Assembly: GCA_000320545.1 (NCBI GenBank)
Contig: ADNK01000004.1
Span: 37,844 to 101,843 of the forward strand
Direction of reading: 5' to 3'
Length of the DNA: 64,000 bases
DNA from: Bigelowiella natans CCMP2755
Lineage: Eukaryota; Protista; Cercozoa
A program made the position numbers and the translations under genes. The notes under the pieces are model-generated. The model made no database searches. It worked only from the letters and a program-made list of their open reading frames with translations, and was not told where the DNA came from. Positions 51,089 through 61,264 of the stretch are shown piece by piece. The first letter of the stretch is position 1. Every line of letters starts with the position of its first letter.

Positions 51089-53102
51089 TTAATACCACGT
51101 GTTCGCGCGGTCCTTGTTACTTTCAGTCTTGGTTGGTTTGTAAATGATCTTATACACAAGGTCATCCTTGCCCTCTTCGTAGTCGATGACGACGTCGTGG
51201 TCGTCGGTCAGCTCGTTACCCACGAGCTTACGCGACAGTGTTGTCACAACATGCTTCTCAAGATATCGCTGCAGAGGACGTGCACCATACGCTGGCTCAT
51301 AGGCTTGCTCGATTGCCCAATCAGCAGCTCTTTTTGTGAGCTCGATGTTAATATTGCGGTCTTTAAGGCGACCGCCCATATCGGAGACGTGCTTCTGGCA
51401 TATTCGGACAAGATCCTTGGGGACCAGCGGGTTGAACATGATAATATCCGAGAGACGATTGAGGAACTCAGGGCGCATCTTCTCGCGCACCTTCGACATG
51501 ACCATTTCCTTGGTTGCTGCAGGCATCTCACCGTCTTTCATCATGTCTGCGGCGCGCAGAAGGTGGTCCGCACCGATGTTGGAGGTCATGACGAGGACAG
51601 TATTGGCGAAATCAACGGTGCGGCCCTGAGAGTCGGTGAGGCGTCCATCGTCGAGAACCTGCAGCAGCACATCCAGCACCTTTCCATGTGCCTTCTCGAT
51701 CTCATCGAGCAGGACGAGGTTGTATGGTCGTTGTCGTACGGCTTCGGTGAGCTGCCCTCCCTCCTCATGTCCGACGTATCCAGGAGGGGCACCGATCATC
51801 CTAGAGACGGAATGAGCCTCCATATACTCGGACATGTCGATTCGAACCATGTGCTTCTCATCATCGAAGAGCTCATACGCAAGTGCCTTTGCGAGCTCCG
51901 TTTTACCGACACCAGTGGGCCCGAGGAAGAGGAAGGCACCTGTCGGCTGGCTTGCTCGACCCATGCCGGCACGGGATCGGATCACAGCATCCGAAACTGC
52001 TTGCACAGCCTCCTTCTGGGCCACAACACGTTTCTCGAGGTGTGTGGGCAGGGCGAGGAGGCGCGCGCGCTGCGACTGTGAGAGCTTGGTAATGGGAATA
52101 CCTGTCCAGTGCGAGACGATTTCCATGACTTGTTCAGGGCCTACTTCCTCCTTAAGAAGAGGAGCCACGCCTACACCTTCGTCTCCTTCATCGCTCTTCT
52201 CTGCCTTCTCTTTATCTACATCAGCCTGGAGAGCCTTTACTTGTGCCTCGAGAGTGGGGATGGCACCGTAGCGAAGGTCAGCTGCGGTATCGTATTTGCC
52301 CTCTCGTTGTGCGCGATCAGCCTTGGATTTGAGGTCTTCAATCTTCTTTCGGATAGAACGAAGTTGAGTTACACGTCCATGTTCGGCCTCCCACTGAATC
52401 TTTAGTGGCGTCAATTGCTCGCGCACATTAGAAAGTTCTGCCTCGACTGCTTTCAGTCTCTGCTTCGAACTGGATAGTATTATTATTAGGGGAGAGGACG
52501 AAGCAAAGAAAAAGTTAGGGAAATAAGCAATTTGTTTATGCTGTTGTTGTTGTTGTTGTTGTTGTTGTTGCATCTGTAGTTGATGTTGTTCCAACTCCAC
52601 ATGATTCCCACTTCTTCTTCTTCTTATGCCTTTTTATCGTTTGCTGATTTGGTTGTGTGTATCATTACGCTTTGTCTTCCTCTCGTGTGAGCGCGACACG
52701 TTCGATCTCGAGCTGCTGCTGGCGACGTTGCAGATTATCAATGGTCTCTGGGGCGGAGTCCAGCTGGACGCGGGTCTTAGCACAAGCCTGGTCGATAAGA
52801 TCGATAGCTTTGTCTGGCAGGAATCTTTGCGAGATGTACCGTTTTGACAGCGAGGCGGCAGCTACCAACGCCTAGATTGTTGAGTAATGGGGGAGGGGGA
52901 GGAAGTTAGGAGAAGGAGAAGGCAGGATCGACTAATTCCCCCCCCCCCCCCCCCTCTCTCTCTCTCGCTCGCTCATACTCGCTCACTCACTCACTCACAA
53001 AAAATCTCCCTTCTTTCTCCTCCTCTCATAGTGTGTGTGTGTGTGTTTGTGTATGTGATAATCATCTCATCACCATACAATAATGGAGTACTTGGCAAAC
53101 GA

Positions 53103-53141
<39 letters not shown>

Positions 53142-56100
53142 AAATCAAATAATTCTACCGAGTCCATGATTCTGACTCCATGATGCGCCTCGTAGCGATC
53201 TTTAAGGCCTCTAAGGATAGAAATGGTGTCCGGCACGGTTGGCTCTTCAACATAAACCTTCTGGAATCGTCGTTCAAAAGCGGCATCCTTCTCAACGTGA
53301 GCTCTGTATTCGCCCAGCGTCGTAGCACCGATGCACCGCAGCTCCCCTCGGGCGAGCATAGGCTTCAGCATGTTTGCTGCATCCATCGAGCCTTCGGTTT
53401 TACCGGCACCCATTACCTAAAGAGTAAGAAATGAAGAGAAGAAGTTTAAGGAACAAAGATGGTGGGACTGTCTGCGAGTATGTGGATGATGATAAGCATC
53501 TTTGATGATGGTGATGATAATAACGATGTTGGTGATATGCTACCAGATGGATCTCGTCAATGAAGAGGATGATTCTTCCCTCTGCCTGCTTTACCTCGTT
53601 CAATACCTAACAAGTAGCAGAATTAAATAGTGCCAATACGACTAGAATCAATCATACCGACGACGACTTTAGCGACGACGTACATATATCTTTGCACCGA
53701 TGACATTCTTCTTATGTTCCAAATGTATACATTATGTAAGTGATAAGAAGTACCCCTTTTATCCTGGATTCAAATTCTCCACGAAACTTAGTGCCTGCTA
53801 CTAGTAATCCAATATCTAGCGACCAGACCTACATGAATTTATACAATATATATGCATATATATTATGTATATGCGTGTGTGTGTGTGTGTGTGTGTGTGT
53901 CAGTCATATACACATACATGATGAGCTTATCGCAGATTCTATTCTTCACTCGATTAATTCCACCACAACCACCACCACCACCACATTCCATAACCACAAC
54001 TATCATATAATGCTCAGGGCAGTACTTGTTGTTACCTCTGCGTTAAGCGATTCCGGAACATCTCCGTTCACGATTCTCTGCGCAAGGCCCTCAACAATCG
54101 CAGTCTTCCCGACACCAGGCTCTCCAACGAGCATGGGGTTATTCTTTGTCCTACGTGCCAAGATCTGGATGACTTGCCGAATCTCCTCGTCCCGACCAAT
54201 CACAGGATCTACTTTGCCTTTCGTATGTTTTTGTTCAAGATGAAGCAAAGCAACAACAACACACATGTGAGTAAGATAGTTATGTTAAGCCTGCTACAGA
54301 AACTGTGAAAAGAGACGAGTGGGGTAGATATGTAGGACTAGTTAGGTTACTCACCATCTCGCGCTTGTTTGCACACGTTGATTGCATACCTAATGACGCC
54401 GATGGTAGTTTTAAGAAGAGAAGAAGGCGAAGGAGGGAGAGGAGGAGGGTAAGGGGATTATTCGTGATGATGATGATGATGAGAATGGAGAAGAAGGCCT
54501 TTGATACATAGTTATTATTAAGACAAACTTTTCAAGTGCATCCCACTGATCCTCCGCATGTTCATCTGTAACTCTTTGCCCGGCTCGCATGTCCTAATAA
54601 GACGTAATGAAGAAGCAGCAGCAAAGTACGGTCAGATCAGAAAGGACGCCGTGAGAGCTGGAGATAATGAAAAAAAATGCTGCAATTATTGGAGTTAACG
54701 CTCTGGTTGCTGCCTCCCTCCCTCTCTCTCCCTCCCTCCTCCTCGACGCCATCTTCATTTTACGCAAACACTGCGTGCTTCTGGTGATATCTCACTGCTG
54801 CTAAGAAATACTACCCCCAGCGTGGATTTGAAGATGTCCTTATCAATGCCAATATCGTCGCGTACGAAGTTCTCCATCTCTGAGAGGGCGATAAGCACGT
54901 GGTCCACGGCGATGTGGCTATCTCCATTCTGATGAGAATTCAGTCAATGAACAATGATAATAAGCAGCTCAACGTCTCGATCATGGTGGTCGTTTGGTGG
55001 TGGTGATCCAAATGATTGATGATGATAGCAGCCATTGCTGGATTCAGTGTGCCGCATCCCTTCCCACAGTAGTATTATTACCTCCTCTCTGAGCTTGTTT
55101 GCACGATCAAGAACACGGAAGGATCGTGTACTCAATGCGACGGGGTCATCGTTTTGCCTACTTGCCATCTGACAAGAATTGATACATCAATCGTGCGAGG
55201 AGAAGGGTGTGTCATAGTGGTATTTACTTGAAATTCGTAAGGATTTAGAAAAAAAGGAGGAAGGGAAGAAAAGAAAAATTAAATGTTCTTTTGCGAGAAG
55301 AAAAAATCGATAGTCTTGAGCTATAGCAAGCAGGTCTTATCATTACCTTCGGTAATTTATCGATGACATCCTTAAGTTGCGCGACCACCGCGTCTCGATT
55401 CTTTCCAATCTGAATGATTTCAAACGACGAGAAAAACATATAAGCATAGCACAAGAGGTTGGGGGTGCAATACGAAGCGTATTAAACGATTTTCGGTGAA
55501 AGCGACAACGATTAGACGACTACAAACCTTCGTTAGAACTCGAGGGCCAAGATCGGTTTTGTTAAAGATCATGAAAGCAATATGCTGTGTTTCCACAAGT
55601 GCGTTCATATTTTCGGTGGCGTATGTCTGAGCCTCGACCAACATCTATATAGAAGGAAAAACCATACCATGGAAATTACCTCACTTTGAAAACAGACTAT
55701 TAAGGGGTGGCGGTGGTAAATAAAGAGCATATTACATCGTTGGTGGCATCGGTAAACTTGTAGTTCTCTCGTCCACCGCGAAGTACCATTAACTTCGAGT
55801 CCTGAGCAACAGAAAATTCGTTTCAAACATTTCACAAAATAAGTATAGGCCGAGATGGGAAATCTGCATAATAAAGGGAGAAATACTGCCCTGACCACTC
55901 TTCTGCTGCAAGTGCGAAACAAAATACGTAGCTGCATTGATAAACTGTATCTACCATGACTGATCTACTATTGTCATTGCCACTTCTTCCCCTAGCATCG
56001 CTGCTTCTACTACCTGCAGACTGGATCGTGAGTACGATGATTTTGGCGATTTTTGAACCCGACTTTGGGAAAGACTGCTGTAGGCACTCCCCTCTCGAGA

Positions 56101-56680
56101 CACGCTTGGTGATGACCGTGCTGTCATCTGTCTGAGAGTTGACTTTGCTGATCCAGCCAAAGATGGGAGAAATGGCACAGCGCCATCTCGACGTTCTGAG
56201 TGACACGCCACCACGCAAACAGATTAATTACAAACACACAAATTCTTTAAACAAGTTTCAGCAACCCCTCAATATGAGAGACAACACCAAGGGAAAATAA
56301 AAATAGACTAACACACACACATGTAAGGGAAGAAATGCGATCATATTGGCACGTAGTGGAGATTTGTACAATCCGCATTAAAGACCCCTACTTCTGTAAT
56401 TATTATGTTCATCCGTCAGCTGATGGTCATTACCTGCATTGAATCTGCTGGAAGGATGCAGATTATAGTTTTGATGCGAATAAGCACTTTCAGAAGGTTC
56501 GTTGTATGTGTATAGACCATCCTTTAAAGCTGGGCCCGGAGGAATCACCCTCGAGTACACACTGGTAGCTACTACCACAAGTGCACCGAAAACCAGCAAC
56601 AAGCTGATATCCGACGACGACACAACCCTCCTTGCTCGTCGTCGCGGCAGGGCCCCTATACCAAGCGAAGGGACATGCAT
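51089..56680 (-). CDS. HSP101: Hsp101/ClpB AAA+ disaggregase (eukaryotic cytosolic type) with ~150 aa N-terminal bipartite-like leader
   Basis: [82 protein letters not shown]. Upstream exons 56680-56434, 56195-56014 and 55801 onward splice in frame. Confidence 0.95.
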
Positions 56681-57744
56681 TATCCTTGATAATATGATAT
56701 GTTGGCGAGAGAAGTGGGGGGGGGTAGACTCCGGGCTTCTCTCTGGTTTTTCAGACACTAATGATGCTTGAAATATTTACAGATATCGGAGATAAGTACA
56801 ATATTTATGAAATACGACAACAAAAATAGAACTCGATAATAATAATTCTACGACATTTGGTACACGGTGTTTTGGCTACCGCGCACAGGTGCGTGTGCAA
56901 AGGCCCGTGGAAGCCGAGAAGAACAAAGGAGAAACTGTTTGTTGCGACAATATTCAGGAGTTGACGCATGGGAAAAATATCATGAAATTGCACTTGTTTA
57001 ACCGTCGAAATTCGAAAACATGATGTCAGATTCCACAACTAAGACATGCAAGTATGATCGTCGCATCCTCAAATTTCACAGGATCTATCGATTTCGCAGG
57101 TGTTGTCTGCTCTCCTCGAAAAATTAAGCTCTGGAGAGGCACGAGTGGATGATTTGAAAAACCAACCTCTTTTTCTTCATTGTCGCTAACATGAAATATT
57201 ATTAATTTTATTGAATTTATTGGTATGAAGTATGTTTTTGCATGTAAAAAAGGCGGAGAATTCCCAAACGAAATTTCCGAACTATAAATGTGTGTTGCTT
57301 AAATTTTGTGCACATTTAATAGATGAAGCAACAAATACATCCACATCCAATAAAAAATGCCCTGCATTTATAGTTGCTAGGCATTTGGCGCTGCTTTCGG
57401 CTGGGCTCAGGCGGGAAATCGATGAATGCATTAATTTTGAAAGATGATGAGAGAACACGCCTACGACTACCATGTCAATTTTGCTCTTTTTAGGTTGACG
57501 CAGAAGGATTATAACCACAACTTTTTTCGTTCAAAAATATTCATTCATTCTTCTCCCCTTCTCTGATTCGACACGGTGCACTTTCCAAGCCTTCCAAAGA
57601 GAGGGTACGCGACAGCCCTCACATTCTGTTGGGGAACGGTGATTTACCTGAAGGGAGAAGGCAATTGTTGTTTCGGAAGCAGTTCGATAGAATTTCAGAA
57701 GATTTCTAGTCGAACTGTTCGAAATTCATAAAGAGCAAAGACGA

Positions 57745-59307
57745 ATGGAGAAGCGAATGAAGAGTCGCTATGGAGAAAAAGCAGAAGAAAATTATCTTCG
57801 TCGAAAAAGTGACGCCGCCACTTGCAGCCGGGTTGAAAGCACGGTCGATGTAGAAATTTATCCTGTCGTTGCCACGAAAGAAAAATGCAAACTTCAGTCA
57901 ACTAAGGCATGTGCAAGTAGCATTACAGATAGATTCAAGGGAGAGGTCAATAGTATCACAAACGATTCTCCGAAGGACCGCCTAAAACTTCCGAAGAAGA
58001 AGAGAAAACTTAGATTCATCTCTTCGGGAATTGGCCTTGAAGCAAACATTTCCTGTAAACCATCCCTGAAACAGCGAAAATTCACCGTGAGAGGTATCAT
58101 GGCCATAACTGGTGTGAGGATCCTAGATTACCTTGACATTGAGGAAGCCGCCATTTGTCTCGATGTAATGAAGTTGGAAGAGCATGACAATTTGTGGTCC
58201 CATCTCTTGCAGAATATTGTGTCCGTGCGTGTGAAAGGAAACCGTCATGCTTTCATTCGAAGGTTCAATGAATGGAACTTTGTCGCAGAACACGGTTGGC
58301 TGAAAAAGCATCGAACCCTACGAAAATCATTTTTCCCTATTTTGTGCAACTGGCTCGTAGAACTCCATTTTGAATTGTTTGGGGATCATGCTCGTAAATT
58401 GATGTGCCGCAGTCCTTTAAACCCTATCCACCTCGCTATGAAGTACTTGTTTCGTTTCCTGTCTCTTGAGGCTAGTATAACAAGTAGCCGTTTGCAGCTA
58501 GTCGGAGTGTCATGCTATCAAATTTCGGTGGAATATGCTCTCGGTACTACCGAAACAGCTAAACTTGATTTGGACGCGAAACGATATGCTTACTATACAG
58601 ATAACGCATACACACCAGAAGAAGTCACAAACATGACTGCCAATATTAAGCTAACACTTCAGGATCAAAGAAAGTTTACACCCAGTGATATACTGGAGGT
58701 GTTCACACCAACTATGGCTCTGAACTCGTTGATAAGATCATTATCTTTGGAATCAAATATTCTTCTTGTTCTCTTTGCAAACTACCTCGTCGACCTCTGC
58801 ATGCATGACACATTTTTCTCACATATGCTTCCATCTGAGATAGCTGCCTCTGCAGTTTTCCTTGCATGTGAAATGGCCGAGCACGATTGTTCTGGCACCC
58901 TTCGGACAACAATTCTTTCGTTCTGTTACAGAAAATCTACTCATGAACTTCAGCACATGATAGCAACGATGAGAAAACTTTATGATGGGGCATGCATGCA
59001 AGAAACTGGGACGACAATATCAAATCAAATTCTTCCAAAGTATTCAATGGTAATCAAGCACTATTCGACGAAGTTTATGGAGTGGATTCAGGGGAAGTTA
59101 TCTCCAAAATATAGACAATGCCTTTTCAAAGACGAAAAGACAAATTTCAAAAGAGGAGAGTTTCGAGAGGCACTGTCGAACGCAGGGCAGCAGCAACAGC
59201 AGCAGCAACATGCTTCTTCTCAAGGTAATACAACTAGGACATTAAGTAAAGCAGCTATCAGCGAAAAGAAGATCGGCTGTAAAAAGAGAAAAATTGATGC
59301 TATCTAG
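57745..59307 (+). CDS. Divergent cyclin (cyclin N and C folds) with a possible F-box-like segment, intronless
   Basis: FPILCNWLVELH, IHLAMKYLFRFLS, RLQLVGVSCYQI, YYTDNAYTPEEV, ANYLVDL, LPSEIAASAVFLA; upstream ILDYLDIEEAAIC...LWSHLL; NLS-like KKKRK and KKRK. Confidence 0.8.
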   Translation: MEKRMKSRYGEKAEENYLRRKSDAATCSRVESTVDVEIYPVVATKEKCKLQSTKACASSITDRFKGEVNSITNDSPKDRLKLPKKKRKLRFISSGIGLEANISCKPSLKQRKFTVRGIMAITGVRILDYLDIEEAAICLDVMKLEEHDNLWSHLLQNIVSVRVKGNRHAFIRRFNEWNFVAEHGWLKKHRTLRKSFFPILCNWLVELHFELFGDHARKLMCRSPLNPIHLAMKYLFRFLSLEASITSSRLQLVGVSCYQISVEYALGTTETAKLDLDAKRYAYYTDNAYTPEEVTNMTANIKLTLQDQRKFTPSDILEVFTPTMALNSLIRSLSLESNILLVLFANYLVDLCMHDTFFSHMLPSEIAASAVFLACEMAEHDCSGTLRTTILSFCYRKSTHELQHMIATMRKLYDGACMQETGTTISNQILPKYSMVIKHYSTKFMEWIQGKLSPKYRQCLFKDEKTNFKRGEFREALSNAGQQQQQQQHASSQGNTTRTLSKAAISEKKIGCKKRKIDAI

Positions 59308-59563
59308 CAGCAGCAACAGATTAAGATTTCTATCCCAGCAATAGCAATGTGGATCTAGTGGATAGCGATCAGAGTCTGCTTCACGACAAATTTTGACAGA
59401 AAATTTCATGTGCATTATGATAAATGATATTTAATACATCACATTGCGAAAGTGATGAACCATCAACGGCACTTACAGCAGCTAAGCAGCCCACTCCGCA
59501 ACGTGCTGCGCGTCACGTACGTTCGCATGCATGCTGATGCTCAGCATGTATGTTTTGACCTGC

Positions 59564-59694
59564 ATGAGACGAATGCAATACTGTGCTTAAATATTTTCAA
59601 TGGTCATCCTAATGTAGTTACACAAAGTACTAGAGCAGCGACTACCTTTGTTGTTGCATTTGTTTGTTTCTGCTGTTACAACATGTGCTTCATG
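59564..59694 (-). repeat. Dispersed repeat, copy C (reverse orientation, diverged)
   Basis: ATGAGACGAATGCAAT...TTTTCAATGGTCATCCTAATGTAG...GCAGCGACTAC...GTGCTTCATG is the reverse complement of copy A. Confidence 0.75.
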
Positions 59695-60080
59695 CATGCA
59701 TGCCATTTGCACGTGGCCCAGTGTATGTACAGACACAAATGACGACAAGGATGACAAATGAGATTAACAAAACAAGTTGGCAGCACGTGAATTGCAGTAG
59801 CTCTCATTTAGACATACAGTATTTCGTTTGTCATCGGCCATCATTAATAAAGTCTTCTTGAACACCGTGTGGACAGCCGTAGTGATCACACAGATTTCAT
59901 TTCGCTAGCTAGTTTCGTTCGATCACATTATTGACCACACGACCACAAAAAGGACATGCTAGCATGTTGTCCCTCTACATATGCATGTATGCACACACGC
60001 AGCATGTATCGTATATCGTGTACATATACGTGCATGTGTGTGTGTGTATGGCTGGTCGTGGCTCTGCATAGTTGCGTATC

Positions 60081-60130
60081 AGGATGACTATTGAAAAAAT
60101 ATAATTATTTCATTACATCCGTCTCACATA
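60081..60130 (+). repeat. Dispersed repeat, copy D (3' half only)
   Basis: AGGATGACTATTGAAAAAATATAATTATTTCATTACATCCGTCTCACAT. Confidence 0.85.
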
Positions 60131-61264
60131 TAGGATGCTGTATATATAGCCGTGTGTGCGTGCGTGTGTGCGTGCTTGTGTGTGTGTGTGTGGTGTGTGA
60201 ATATACGCTTTGTATCATAGGGCTACCTTCGCATATCTACCTGTTAACTAATTATCGGTGCTCTACATATGATTAGCGTAGGTCTATGATGTGAAAAGAT
60301 ACGTGTACTAGAAAGTGTAATATACTGCTGTTCGGAGCCATATGACATCTAATGGCTCGACCTTATCACGCGCTATTTTTATCATCATTTGGCACACGAC
60401 ATCTTACACTAAAACTCGTACATCTTGGGTATTAGTTTAACGATTATACATAATTGTTTCAGATATTGGATTGCAAGTAATGTTTTAAACGTTACTCAAC
60501 CTGCGATATTCATTCTTCTCTTCTTTTGCTGAGAAAATTATACTCAAAAGATACTTGTGATATTTGCATTATGGACATAACGTCACCAACCAAGCTTCCG
60601 AAGTTCTCAGATGTATATTTTGCGCAGCAGCGATGCTTAGCATGACAGTGTGCACGCGACAGCGTGCATAATGTCATCGGTACGGCACGACAGAAGGCTG
60701 AGAGCGCAAAACAATTATGACTATGTTTATCTAAGTTTAGACATTTGTCTGAGCGTGTTTCATCATCATTCGCACCAGAGTTTGAATGCTTATCGTAAGT
60801 GAATGCTTATCGTAAATCTAGAACTGAAAGGATATATTCAAGCTCCATGAATTAAAGATATTGTAGAATAAATCGAATGGAGATAGCATTCACGCTTCGA
60901 TCAATGCAATGATTTTTTGTCCTCCTCCTCCTCCTCCTCCTCCTCCTCCTCCTCCTCCTCCGCTTCCTGCTTCTCTCACCTTGGTGAACTTTCGGTCGTT
61001 CAACCCTCTCCGAGCGAATCGTTGCGTTCTCTCGGATGAAGATGCTGGAGCGACGCCTTCGAAATGCCCTCAATTTCTGTGTTGCGTCACACATACTAAA
61101 CATGCTGGGAAAGTTGGCCGAAATAAGGCAGGAAACATGCTCTCATTCCAAAAATGGCCTGGGAATGAATCCTGCGTCAAGGTCGCACTCGCTCTGCTGA
61201 CGACAGTCGTACAGAACGATGGATCGCACCTGGCTTTACGTGGCCTGAACGCAAGAGGGCATCG

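Noticed and set aside
51197-52405. 294-aa and other plus-strand ORFs over Hsp101
   Set aside because: Antisense ORFs caused by codon bias in a conserved gene.
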